NCBI GenBank assembly: GCA_963727625.1
Contig: CAVSHR010000011.1
Span: 224,001-288,000 of the forward strand
DNA: 64,000 nt
Direction of reading: 5' to 3'
Origin: an uncultured delta proteobacterium
GTDB lineage: Bacteria > Desulfobacterota > Binatia > UBA9968
Each line of letters begins with the position of its first letter. Position 1 is the first letter of the stretch. Shown piece after piece: positions 1 through 9,417 of this stretch. The notes under the pieces were generated by a model. That model worked only from the letters and a program-made list of their open reading frames with translations, made no database searches and was not told where the DNA came from. The position numbers were made by a program, and so were the translations under genes.

Positions 1-2
1 AC

Positions 3-653
3 AAGCCGTACGCGCATTATGAAATTCTTAATTTTGCCGTTCCGGGATACGATCCCTTGGACCAGGTCCTCGTCGTGAACAAAGCGCTTGAATTTAAGCC
101 AAATGCGTTCTTCTATGTGGCCACGGGACGGGAGGCCTCTCGTGCCGCCATACAGTTGGCGACGGCTGCCAGCCGGAAAACCCCAATGCCCTTCGACTAC
201 CTGAAAGATTTGTTGCAGCGAGCGAGCGTGTCACTGGGTATTCCTGAGGTAGTCGCGATCCGTCGCCTCATGCCTTTTCGGAACCAGCTTCTCACCTGGA
301 CTTACCAGACTATTGTGAATCAATCGCGGCAACATAATATGGTGCCGGTGCTGATATTTCTGCCCCAGGTCACCGACGGCGTTTGGAGGGAAGAAACACC
401 CGAGATTCTACGGATTGCGAGAGAAGCGGGGTTTCAAGTACTGGATTTGAGCGACGTCTATTCTAAATACGACGCTAGTGCTGTTCGCGTGGCCGAATGG
501 GATGATCACCCCAATCAGAAGGGGCACAAGATCGTGGCCGCACGTCTCTACGAGCTTTTGAACGAAGACTGGAGCAAAATCTTCGTACCAAAAGTGCCGC
601 TAAGAGACGGTAAGCCAACGACAATTTCTGAAAACTCTCCGCCTCTGCGGTGA
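3..653 (+). CDS. SGNH/GDSL-hydrolase-like protein, C-terminal part (5' truncated by the window edge)
   Basis: The frame is open from base 3: KPYAHYEILNFAVPGYDPLDQV. NFAVPGY resembles SGNH block II and WDDHPNQKGHKIVA resembles block V (D-x-H-P-N-x-x-G-H). Confidence 0.75.
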   Translation, partial: KPYAHYEILNFAVPGYDPLDQVLVVNKALEFKPNAFFYVATGREASRAAIQLATAASRKTPMPFDYLKDLLQRASVSLGIPEVVAIRRLMPFRNQLLTWTYQTIVNQSRQHNMVPVLIFLPQVTDGVWREETPEILRIAREAGFQVLDLSDVYSKYDASAVRVAEWDDHPNQKGHKIVAARLYELLNEDWSKIFVPKVPLRDGKPTTISENSPPLR

Positions 654-733
654 GTCTGGTTTTTTCCCCTTTGGTTGCGACCTCGCAAATCGCTCGCGCG
701 CCGTAACTCAGTGTGCCTGAAAGGAGTCAACAG

Positions 734-991
734 GTGGAAACCGTCGAACAGATGACCACAGCAGTTAAAAGCTACATCCTCAAGGAATTCCTTCCCGGCG
801 AGAACCCGGACGAGCTTACGGATGTGACGCCGCTCATTACAGGGGGAATTCTCGATTCGTTGGCAACGTTAAAATTGGTTGCGTTCATCGAAGAGCGCTA
901 TTGCATCCAGCTCGAGGCGTACGAAGTCGATGTCGAGCATCTCGGTAAGATCGTCGACATTGTGGCGCTGATTCAGTCCAAGTCGAAATAG
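734..991 (+). CDS. Stand-alone acyl/peptidyl carrier protein (PltL/RedO/AnaD-like)
   Basis: GILDSL phosphopantetheine motif in a small acidic protein. RBS AAGGAG at 721-726 precedes GTG at 734. Confidence 0.9.
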   Translation: METVEQMTTAVKSYILKEFLPGENPDELTDVTPLITGGILDSLATLKLVAFIEERYCIQLEAYEVDVEHLGKIVDIVALIQSKSK

Positions 992-1000
992 AGAAAATCT

Positions 1001-2563
1001 ATGATGCCGCAAGCTTTGCATCAATACCTACAATCTAGTGTTCGTCTCTTCCCCGATCACCCTGCGATTGAGGAACCGGCAAAAGGCGTCGTCACTTATC
1101 GCGAGCTGGACGTGTTGTCCAACCGGCTGCGCGATCGCCTTCGTTCGATGGGAGTAGGGCGAGGCGATCGAGTCGGCATTTATTTACACAAGTCAATCGA
1201 TGCGATCGTGGCGATTGTTGGTATTCTTAAAGCCGGAGCGACGTATGTGCCGGTGGACCCTATGGCGCCTGCAAGTCGTAACGCCTACATCCTGAGCGAC
1301 TGTGGCGTCAGAGTTGTCATCATCGAAAGTGCTTTCGCTTCCGCGCTCGTTAAGGAGATCGAAACTACAGGATCGGTGCCGCAAATGATCAGGTTGGAAG
1401 GGGTTGGTGGAGGGGTGGGAGTAACATCCGCGCTGTACAATGCGCCGGGTGGGAAAGCCGTATCATTTGAGGAGGATGAGACCGTTAGCTCAAACGATCT
1501 TGCTTACATCCTCTATACCTCAGGTTCGACCGGAAAACCCAAAGGTGTCATGCTCTCGCACCTCAATGCCACAAGCTTCGTAGATTGGTGCATTGAGACA
1601 TTTGAGCCCCGGCATGGGGATCGATTCTCCTCCCACGCTCCACTTCATTTCGACCTGTCGATATTCGATCTGTATGTCACATTTGGCAGCGGTGGGACGT
1701 TGGTGTTAGTTCCTGAAGATATCGGTAAGGAGCCTGTCAAGCTGGCTAGCTTGATCGCCGAGGCGCGAATTTCGATATGGTATTCCGCGCCATCGATCCT
1801 GAGTTTGCTGGTGCAATACGGTAACCTGGAAAGACACGATTACAGCGCCCTGCGCGTGATACTTTTTGCCGGCGAAGTATTTCCGGTCAAGCATTTGAGA
1901 ACGTTGACAGAACGGTTACCCAACCGGAGATATTTTAATCTCTACGGCCCAACCGAAACGAACGTGTGTACGTTCTATGAGGTGCCTTCGGTAATTCCTG
2001 ACGATCGCACCGAGCCATTTCCGATCGGCAAGGCCTGCAAGCATTTGCAAGCCAGGGTTTTGGACGAAGAGGGCCACGAGATCAAGCTAGGCGAAAGAGG
2101 TGAGCTTTGCATTGCCGGCCCCGCGGTTATGCACGGTTACTGGAACCTACCGGAACAAAGCACGCAGGCCTTTTGGGAGGCGGAGGGCGCTCGTTGGTAC
2201 CGGACCGGCGACATCGTCATTGAGCCGCCCGATGGAAATTATGTCTACGTCGGCCGGCGCGATCGGATGGTGAAACGACGTGGCTACCGGGTGGAGCTTG
2301 GAGAAATCGAGGCAGGACTTTACCGTCATCCGATAATCAAGGAAGCCGCTGTCGTCGCGCTGCCCGACCAGGAAGCGGGTGTGCGCATTCGCGCGTTTCT
2401 AAGCTGCCAGGAAGGCAAGCGTCCCTCAATTATCGAATTGAAGCGCTTTTGCATGGAGGTTTTGCCGCCCTACATGATTCCCGATGTGTTTTCATTTCAA
2501 GACGCACTGCCCAAAACCTCGACTGACAAGATCGATTATCAGCGGCTCAAGGAAATGAAGTGA
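1001..2563 (+). CDS. Stand-alone amino acid adenylation enzyme, predicted L-proline--[carrier protein] ligase (PltF/RedM/AnaC-like)
   Basis: A3 YILYTSGSTGKPKG, A4 FDLSIFD, A5 NLYGPTETNVC, A7 YRTGD, A10 PKTSTDKID. Manually extracted specificity code DLFYLALVCK. Confidence 0.85.
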   Translation: MMPQALHQYLQSSVRLFPDHPAIEEPAKGVVTYRELDVLSNRLRDRLRSMGVGRGDRVGIYLHKSIDAIVAIVGILKAGATYVPVDPMAPASRNAYILSDCGVRVVIIESAFASALVKEIETTGSVPQMIRLEGVGGGVGVTSALYNAPGGKAVSFEEDETVSSNDLAYILYTSGSTGKPKGVMLSHLNATSFVDWCIETFEPRHGDRFSSHAPLHFDLSIFDLYVTFGSGGTLVLVPEDIGKEPVKLASLIAEARISIWYSAPSILSLLVQYGNLERHDYSALRVILFAGEVFPVKHLRTLTERLPNRRYFNLYGPTETNVCTFYEVPSVIPDDRTEPFPIGKACKHLQARVLDEEGHEIKLGERGELCIAGPAVMHGYWNLPEQSTQAFWEAEGARWYRTGDIVIEPPDGNYVYVGRRDRMVKRRGYRVELGEIEAGLYRHPIIKEAAVVALPDQEAGVRIRAFLSCQEGKRPSIIELKRFCMEVLPPYMIPDVFSFQDALPKTSTDKIDYQRLKEMK

Positions 2564-3711
2564 TGGATTTTTCGTATAGCGAAGAGCAGCAACTCCTGCG
2601 CGACACCATTGGCCGCTTTGCCGCCAAAGAGTTGAACGACACTGTCATCGAGCGTGACCGGGAGCACCAGTTCCCGCATCAGTTATGGTTGAAAGCCGGC
2701 GAAATGCGGTTGCAAGGTTTACCCGTCTCCGAGGATTACGGCGGTAGTGGATTGGATCCGTTAACCTCCGCGATCGCCTTGGAAGCCCTAGGCTATGGCT
2801 GTGAAGACAGCGGGCTGGTCTTCTCTATCTGCGCGCATCTTCTGTCTTGCGTCATACCGATCTGGAAATTCGGCAATGAGGAGCAAAAACAGCGCTACCT
2901 GCCGAAGCTGTGCAACGGTTCCCTAATTGGTGTTCATGCCATGACCGAGCCGGGTGCCGGTTCCGATGCTTTTGCCATGACGACCAAAGCTGTGCCATGC
3001 GACGGCGGTTACGTTATCAACGGTAATAAGACTTTCATCTCCAACGCGCCGGTTGCCGATGTAGTCATAGTCTTCGCCGTTACGAACGCAACCAAGGGCT
3101 ACTATGGCGGCATCTCAGCCTTTATCGTCGAAAAAGGCACGCCCGGATTCAAACATGGTCAAACCTTCGAAAAAATGGGTTTGCGCACGGCGCCGCTTGG
3201 CGAGCTGGTGTTCGACAATGTTATTGTTCCCGAAAATGCGATTCTGGGGGGCGTTGGCGCCGGATCATCGATGTTCACTCATGCGATGGACTGGGAGCGG
3301 GTCTGTCTGTTCGCATCACACGTCGGCACCATGGAACGTTTGATGGGCAAAGCGATCGCCTTTGCCAACACGCGCAAACAGTTCAACCAATCCATCGGCA
3401 AGTACCAAGCCGTCTCCCATCGCATCGCCGACATGAAAGTGCGCCTCGAAGCGGCGCGGTTGCTGATTTACAAAGCCGCGTCACTGCTCGACAAGACGAA
3501 AACCGTATCGTTGGATGCCGCTGTGGCAAAGCTGTTCGCCAGCGAGTCCCTGGTGAAAACTGCCATGGAAGTGGTGCAAATCCACGGTGGCAATGGTTAC
3601 ATGGTCGAATATGAAATGGAACGCGCTCTGCGCGATGCCATCGGCAGCACAATCTATTCCGGCACTTCAGAAATGCAGCGCAACATTATCTCCCGCTGGC
3701 TCGGTCTATAA
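2560..3711 (+). CDS. Acyl-CoA dehydrogenase family protein, predicted L-prolyl-[PCP] dehydrogenase (PltE/RedW/AnaB-like)
   Basis: HAMTEPGAGSD, NGNKTFISNAP, MDWERVCLFASHVGTMER, RKQF, GSTIYSGTSEMQRNII. Overlaps the stop of the adenylation gene. Confidence 0.85.
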   Translation: MMDFSYSEEQQLLRDTIGRFAAKELNDTVIERDREHQFPHQLWLKAGEMRLQGLPVSEDYGGSGLDPLTSAIALEALGYGCEDSGLVFSICAHLLSCVIPIWKFGNEEQKQRYLPKLCNGSLIGVHAMTEPGAGSDAFAMTTKAVPCDGGYVINGNKTFISNAPVADVVIVFAVTNATKGYYGGISAFIVEKGTPGFKHGQTFEKMGLRTAPLGELVFDNVIVPENAILGGVGAGSSMFTHAMDWERVCLFASHVGTMERLMGKAIAFANTRKQFNQSIGKYQAVSHRIADMKVRLEAARLLIYKAASLLDKTKTVSLDAAVAKLFASESLVKTAMEVVQIHGGNGYMVEYEMERALRDAIGSTIYSGTSEMQRNIISRWLGL

Positions 3712-3855
3712 CAGCTAAGAGTGGACGCAAAGAGCACCTAGGTAATGTGTGAAGCGCTTTCCTGGTATCTGCAATTAACCCCTACGGGCTGGCCCGAAGC
3801 TCCTTGCAACCTGTAGTCGGTGGTCGATTAGCTGTAGTCCTTCATCGAGTCGATA

Positions 3856-5049
3856 ATGAACGAGCCTCCTTTAATCGCCCACGTGATTCAACGCCTCGCA
3901 GTGGGCGGATTGGAAAACGGCGTGGTCAATTTGATCAACCATATGCCGGAAGATCGATATCGTCATGCCGTGATCTGCCTCGCCGACGCGACCGATTTTT
4001 CACTGCGGATCAAAAACAAAGGCGTCGCCGTATTAGCCCTAGGCCAACGACGTGGCCATGACTTCGGCGTTCACCGGCGCTTGCTGAAGCTCCTGCGGCG
4101 GCTGCGCCCGGCGATTGTTCACACGCGAAATTTGACGGCATTGGAATTCCAAGCGGTCGCGGCGCTGGCCGGAGTGCCCGGTCGGGTTCATGGGGAGCAC
4201 GGTCGGGATATGTACGATTTGGACGGCGCGAATACGAAATATAATCTCTTCAGAAAGACGCTTCGGCCTTTCGTGCAACATTATACCGCTGTGAGTGTCG
4301 ATCTGGCACAGTGGCTGGTAGATACGATCGGCGTAAGGCCCGAACGGGTGACCCAGATTTACAACGGTGTGGACGCCGATAGATTTCGCCCGCGCCGAGG
4401 ACCCCGCGCCCAAGTCGGTCCCGAAGGATTTTTGAGCGCGGATTCGTATGTGGTCGGAACCGTCGGGCGCATGGAAGCGGTGAAAGATCAGCTCACCTTG
4501 GCGCGTGCGTTCGTCCACCTGGTGCAGACGCGCGAAGAAGCTCGTAAACGATTGCGTTTGATCGTGATAGGCGAGGGTTCGCAGCGAACGTCGGCCATCG
4601 CACTGCTGCGCAATGCTCGAATGGAAGATCTCGCGTGGTTTCCCGGCGAAAGCGATGAAGTTTCGGAACTCATGAGAGCACTCGACTTATTTGTCCTGCC
4701 GTCTCTCAGAGAGGGCATTTCCAATACGATCTTGGAGGCCATGGCGACTGGGCTTCCTGTGATTGCAACCCGAGTAGGCGGTAATCCGGAGTTAGTAGAG
4801 GACGGGAAAACCGGTGCGTTAGTACCCCATTCAGATGCGCTATCGATGGCGGTAGCAATAGGTTCATACTTGGACAATGCTGATAAAACCACGGCTCACG
4901 GCGAAGCAGGTCGTAGAAGAGTTGAATCCAAGTTCACAATGAATAGCATGGTCGCAGGTTATCTAGCTGTTTATGATTCGTTGCTTCGTCGAAACTGCCT
5001 TCGCAGTAGTGCTTCTCGTTCGTTATCTCAGGCTTACCCTCACTTCTGA
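3856..5049 (+). CDS. GT4 glycosyltransferase, PEP-CTERM/exosortase A-associated (TIGR03088-like)
   Basis: PPLIAHVI..L..GGLENGVVNLIN..P..RYRHAVICL, HGEHGRD, EGISNTILEAMATGLPV. Confidence 0.9.
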   Translation: MNEPPLIAHVIQRLAVGGLENGVVNLINHMPEDRYRHAVICLADATDFSLRIKNKGVAVLALGQRRGHDFGVHRRLLKLLRRLRPAIVHTRNLTALEFQAVAALAGVPGRVHGEHGRDMYDLDGANTKYNLFRKTLRPFVQHYTAVSVDLAQWLVDTIGVRPERVTQIYNGVDADRFRPRRGPRAQVGPEGFLSADSYVVGTVGRMEAVKDQLTLARAFVHLVQTREEARKRLRLIVIGEGSQRTSAIALLRNARMEDLAWFPGESDEVSELMRALDLFVLPSLREGISNTILEAMATGLPVIATRVGGNPELVEDGKTGALVPHSDALSMAVAIGSYLDNADKTTAHGEAGRRRVESKFTMNSMVAGYLAVYDSLLRRNCLRSSASRSLSQAYPHF

Positions 5050-5058
5050 AATTATACG

Positions 5059-6138
5059 ATGCGACGGATTCTTAGCCAATCGAGACCTTTGATTCGCTCA
5101 TCTGCGGCGCGCGCGTTGTTTTCCTTCGGTGCTGTAAAATTACTGACAAAAGGAGCAAGCGCGTATGGGCTTCACCGAAAGGAGCGCAACGGCCGTGTGA
5201 CTTTTCCGTTTATCAAGAAAAGGTCGTCCCAAGTGATTCAGATATTGCTGTACCATAGAGTTAATGACGATAACGATCCATTTTTCCCGGGTGTACTCAT
5301 TGCTGATTTCCGGCGCCAGATGGAGTATATCGCTGAAAATTATTACGTCTGCGGCCTGGAAGAAGCGATCGACCGGATGGCAACTAATGACGTTCACGAC
5401 CGTATGATCGTGATCACCTTCGATGATGGTTACCGAGATAACTTTACGAACGCCTTCCCAATTTTGCGGCAATTGGGCATCCCGGCAACGATATTTTTGG
5501 CGACTGGCGCCCTGGACTCCGAGAAGCTCCTTTGGCACGACCTTGTCTTTTCCGCGTTTAGAACGACCCAGCTTCGCTTTCTCAAGGACTTTCCCGATGT
5601 GGGTTCTGTTTACTCGATTCAAAATATACGGGAGAAATTGTCGGCTCAGCAGCACATACTAGAACACTTGTGGTCTCTCCCGGACGATGATCGCGCGCTC
5701 GCGATGGATCGACTCACGCAGTGCTTGGGGGTTTGCAGCGATCCTGTAAAAGATCTCATGTTGTCGTGGGATGAAGTCAGAATAATGTATCAGAATGGCA
5801 TTTCATTCGGTTCACACACCTGCACGCACCCAATATTGTCAAAAGTGTCTGCCGATAGGGTGAGGCGGGAAATTGTCGATTCTAAGCGCGCTATTGAAGC
5901 CAACCTACGATGCAACGTTCAGTCTTTCGCATTTCCGGTCGGTCGGTCCCAGGATTTCGATGATCGGACGAAGTCCTTATTGAAAGATAACGGTTACCGC
6001 TGCGCTGTTACTACGCGATTCGGTGTCAATCTTCCAAACCAGGACCTGTTTGAGTTAAGGCGGGCAACGCCATGGGAAAGAGATCTCCCATCTTTTGCAC
6101 TGAAGCTTGCCTGGTATCGGTTTGCTTGCCGGACATAG
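5059..6138 (+). CDS. Polysaccharide deacetylase (NodB/CE4)
   Basis: LLYHRV, ITFDDGY, GSHTCTHPIL, FAFPVG. Confidence 0.9.
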   Translation: MRRILSQSRPLIRSSAARALFSFGAVKLLTKGASAYGLHRKERNGRVTFPFIKKRSSQVIQILLYHRVNDDNDPFFPGVLIADFRRQMEYIAENYYVCGLEEAIDRMATNDVHDRMIVITFDDGYRDNFTNAFPILRQLGIPATIFLATGALDSEKLLWHDLVFSAFRTTQLRFLKDFPDVGSVYSIQNIREKLSAQQHILEHLWSLPDDDRALAMDRLTQCLGVCSDPVKDLMLSWDEVRIMYQNGISFGSHTCTHPILSKVSADRVRREIVDSKRAIEANLRCNVQSFAFPVGRSQDFDDRTKSLLKDNGYRCAVTTRFGVNLPNQDLFELRRATPWERDLPSFALKLAWYRFACRT

Positions 6139-6157
6139 CGGTGGTTTCCGGATCACA

Positions 6158-7207
6158 TTGAATATACAAATTCGCGAGGCCGATCTTAACCGGGAGGGAG
6201 CACAGATAGCGGATGCGCTGTCGATGTATTTAAACCCACTTGCGGACGCTCCTCGATTTGAGTGGCTCTATAAACGAAACCCGAACGGGAAAGTGAGAGC
6301 ATGGTTGGCGTTAGATAATGACGACATTATTGCAACAGCCGCGGTTTTTCCGCGGCGTGCATACTTTAATAAAATCGAAAGTCTTGCGTGGGTTCTAGGT
6401 GATTTCTGTGTTAGTGATCGGCATCGCAGCTTAGGACCTGCGGTCGCCCTACAACGCGCATTGTTACAAGCGGCCGATTCTAGCGGCGTGCCTATTTCTT
6501 ATGATTTTCCCAGTGCGGCGATGGCTGCGGTCTACAAACGCCTGAAGATCGAGCCATTCGGTCAAATGGTAAGGATGGCGAAAGTGTTGCGCGTGGACAA
6601 GAAATTGCGCGACCGCATTGGATATGAACGGCTGGCAAAAACGGTAGTGCCAGTTGGCAATGCGATTCTCGAAGCAACAGCAGCAGTTTTTCAACCCAGC
6701 GTCGATAAGACTCTTAAGACCTCTTTGCAAAGGAGTAAATGCGGAAGTGAGTTTGATGCATTGGCCGAGCGTGTAGGATTGGGTTTTGATTTTTGCGTGA
6801 GACGGTCGGCGGAATATCTTAATTGGCGGTATTTGGAGAATCCTTACAAAAAGCATGAACTCATCACAGTTGGACGAAATGGATCCTTGCTTGGCTTTCT
6901 CGTATTTTCGCAGACTGGCCCGGATACTGAGATCGTTGATGTTTTCGGAGAAGACAATGTCTCCGTTATCGGTAGGTTGATCAGTGAAGTTGTCGAACTA
7001 TTACGCCGCCGCGGCGCTATGACCATCAGCGCTGAGCTGATCGCGTCACACCCGTGGATCGGGTTATTTAAGAAATTCGGTTTTTATTCCAGAGAGACTA
7101 AACCGTTAATGGTTTATGCATCCGATCAGGCTCGTCCTCTAGGTATAAATAATGTGGAATCTAGCCACTCAGCCTGGTTCATCACGGGCGGGGATCGGGA
7201 CTCTTGA
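6158..7207 (+). CDS. GNAT-fold acyltransferase (tandem GNAT, glycan-locus type)
   Basis: FEWLY..NP.G, GDFCVSDRHRSLG, RRSAEYLNWRY.ENP, C-terminal GGDRD. Start uncertain (TTG 6158 chosen; the ORF track starts at 6107). Confidence 0.7.
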   Translation: MNIQIREADLNREGAQIADALSMYLNPLADAPRFEWLYKRNPNGKVRAWLALDNDDIIATAAVFPRRAYFNKIESLAWVLGDFCVSDRHRSLGPAVALQRALLQAADSSGVPISYDFPSAAMAAVYKRLKIEPFGQMVRMAKVLRVDKKLRDRIGYERLAKTVVPVGNAILEATAAVFQPSVDKTLKTSLQRSKCGSEFDALAERVGLGFDFCVRRSAEYLNWRYLENPYKKHELITVGRNGSLLGFLVFSQTGPDTEIVDVFGEDNVSVIGRLISEVVELLRRRGAMTISAELIASHPWIGLFKKFGFYSRETKPLMVYASDQARPLGINNVESSHSAWFITGGDRDS

Positions 7208-7440
7208 GACGGCAAAGTGGAGCTAGGGTGCAGCGGCGAGTGGCGGGTTGCAAAGAGCCTGGGCGTAGAACTAAGGGTAGCGAGCGAAGGTCGGTCGTTG
7301 ACGACTATCTTCAATGTTATTGAGTTCTCGATGCCCGTCGCTCAGTCCTAAGTAACATTCATTGTCGGTGCTCCGGAAAACTAGTTGTCAGTAGTCCGTA
7401 GCTAGCGGTCTGTAATCGCTAATCATTCATAGGAGATATA

Positions 7441-7704
7441 ATGGACGTAGGAATCATCGCTGAGCGCATTCAGAAATTTCTTGTACATCAGTTTCCGGCA
7501 ACGAAAAACGTCGGCCGTGAAGAGCCGCTGTTGAAGAACGGACTCATTGATTCGCTTGGAGTTCTTGAAGTCGTGACGTTTATCGAAAAAGAATTCGGCA
7601 TTACGTTAACGGACGAGGAGCTTCTACCAGAAAATTTCGAATCGATCGGCAGTATTTCCAACTTTGTCCGGCATAAAATGAACGGAAGTGGAACCCGAGA
7701 TTAA
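7441..7704 (+). CDS. Acyl carrier protein (second type, exosortase-A-locus ACP)
   Basis: GLIDSLGVLEVV..IEKEFGI..TDEELLPENFESI. RBS AGGAG upstream. Confidence 0.92.
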   Translation: MDVGIIAERIQKFLVHQFPATKNVGREEPLLKNGLIDSLGVLEVVTFIEKEFGITLTDEELLPENFESIGSISNFVRHKMNGSGTRD

Positions 7705-7969
7705 TCACCACGGAGATCCCAGCGTGACAGAGCCACACCCAAAAAGTCGGCGAATTCACCGCAGAGACGCCGAGGACACAGAGTTTGGATAAGAAAATTG
7801 TTCAAAAAATGAAATCAACTCCGATCTCTGTGCTCTCCGCGCCTCTGCGGTGCTTTTTTTCTCGAATTTGCGCGCCCCGCGCAAATATCGAAGCATAGTA
7901 GTACAGAACTCACAGAGATCGTGCTCTTATCGAAAGACTTGTCTCGGTGGTCTCTGGGTCCTCTGTGGT
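7705..7969. repeat. Nested palindromic REP/MITE-like repeats (CACCRCRGAG...CTCYGYGGT family)
   Basis: Arm CACCGCAGAGACGCCGAGGACACAGAG (7757-7783) pairs with CTCTGTGCTCTCCGCGCCTCTGCGGTG (7826-7852). Outer arms at about 7705-7720 and 7943-7969. Confidence 0.8.
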
Positions 7970-8093
7970 AAGAAGTTCGAAAGAATTCGATTCGACTGCT
8001 CGCCCTGATGGACAGGGATGCGCGGGCGGGTACCAGGCGGTTAGGGCGATATCGAGTTTTCACCGGCTAGCCTATCAAGGAGATTCTTATCAC

Positions 8094-8750
8094 ATGAAGA
8101 CGCTTAGATTGGTCCGAAGCACTGTCCGTGCGCTTTTAGCGTTTGGCGTGATAATGGCGGCGGCCGTCCCCATCTACGCCCAAAATATACCCGGATACCC
8201 CCCCAGCGTAACTGCATATGACCCCCGAGAGGTCGCGCTGCTGCCGCGCTATTGTCCATACACTCAGTTGTTCCGCGATCATGTGCCTGGAGCCAATAAT
8301 CCGGCTGAAATCCAACGGTGGTCTTCGGTATTGGGCCAAATGTATATTCACATGCACCATTACTGCTGGGGACTGATGAAAACCTATCGTGGACTCATTC
8401 TGGCGCGCGACGAGCAGTCGCGCCGGTTTTACCTGAATGACGCGATCAACGAGTTCGACTATGTAATAAAGCGCGCGCCGCCAGATTATGTACTACTGCC
8501 GGAGATTCTGATGAAGAAGGGGGAGAATCTCATTCGCCTGAGTAAGGGGGGAGATGGAATTCTGCAACTCCTCCGCGCGACTGAATTAAAACCCGACTAC
8601 TGGCCTCCCTATGCCATCATGAGCGACTACTACAAAGACCACGGAAACCTGAAAGACGCCCGCGAGGCACTGGAAAAGGGCCTGTCGGCATCCCCTGACG
8701 CAAAGGCGTTGAAAAAACGATTGGCCAATCTTGATAAAGCCAAAAAGTAA
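8094..8750 (+). CDS. Exported TPR-containing protein with LPxYC and HHYCWG motifs
   Basis: RBS AAGGAG at 8077-8082 and ATG at 8094, followed by a signal peptide. C-terminal TPR helices (ATELKPDYWPPY, AREALEKGLSASP). Confidence 0.75.
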   Translation: MKTLRLVRSTVRALLAFGVIMAAAVPIYAQNIPGYPPSVTAYDPREVALLPRYCPYTQLFRDHVPGANNPAEIQRWSSVLGQMYIHMHHYCWGLMKTYRGLILARDEQSRRFYLNDAINEFDYVIKRAPPDYVLLPEILMKKGENLIRLSKGGDGILQLLRATELKPDYWPPYAIMSDYYKDHGNLKDAREALEKGLSASPDAKALKKRLANLDKAKK

Positions 8751-8760
8751 GCAAAACTGC

Positions 8761-8913
8761 TCGCCTGGCATTCTCGATGTTCTCACGTTCCTAGATAAGG
8801 AATTTGCGTTGACCGTAACTGACGAGGAGGTTTTACCGGAGAATTTCGAGTCGATTCACAGCCTGTCAAACTTTATCTAGCACAAAAAGAACGCAAGCGA
8901 AGCCGGAAATTAA
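8761..8913 (+). pseudogene. Degenerate duplicate of the 3' part of the ACP gene at 7552-7704
   Basis: Translates SPGILDVLTFLDKEFALTVTDEEVLPENFESIHSLSNFI*HKKNASEAGN*, colinear (153 nt) with SLGVLEVVTFIEKEFGITLTDEELLPENFESIGSISNFVRHKMNGSGTRD*. Internal TAG at 8878-8880. Confidence 0.9.
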
Positions 8914-8915
8914 TC

Positions 8916-8991
8916 ACCACGGAGATCACAGAGTGCACAGAGGCGGATATGATATGAGATTGTTCTCCGTGGACTCAGTGTGCTCTGTGGT
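8916..8991. repeat. Palindromic repeat upstream of the GxxExxY gene
   Basis: ACCACGGAGATCACAGAGTGCACAGAG ... CTCCGTGGACTCAGTGTGCTCTGTGGT. Confidence 0.85.
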
Positions 8992-9017
8992 AAAAAATTC
9001 GAAAGAATTCGATCCGA

Positions 9018-9401
9018 ATGCCAGCTGTGATAGACACGGATGCGCTGACTGAAAAAATCATCGGGTGTGCGATTGAAGTACATCGCGCCTTTGGCCCAGG
9101 CCTGTTGGAGTCTGCCTATGAGCACTGTCTGGCCCGGGAGCTGTCGTTGAACGATATTCCATTTTGTTTACAAGCGCCGGTCCCGGTTGAGTACAAAGGA
9201 GTCAATCTTGAGTGCGGGTATCGCATCGACATTCTCGTCGATGAACGAGTGATCCTTGAACTGAAATGCGTGGAGAAGATTCTGCCTATACATGAAGCTC
9301 AGCTGCTCACTTACATGAAATTGGCAAACATTAGTATTGGCTTGTTGATTAATTTCAATGTCAGGCGGGTTGTGGATGGTATCAGACGGTTTCGTCTTTA
9401 A
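9018..9401 (+). CDS. GxxExxY protein (PD-(D/E)XK nuclease-like)
   Basis: [49 protein letters not shown]. Confidence 0.95.
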   Translation: MPAVIDTDALTEKIIGCAIEVHRAFGPGLLESAYEHCLARELSLNDIPFCLQAPVPVEYKGVNLECGYRIDILVDERVILELKCVEKILPIHEAQLLTYMKLANISIGLLINFNVRRVVDGIRRFRL

Positions 9402-9417
9402 AAGGGTTGACAATCTT

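Noticed and set aside
734-2563. dltA/dltC D-alanylation genes
   Set aside because: The pocket code is proline-type and a dehydrogenase is coupled, which Dlt does not need.
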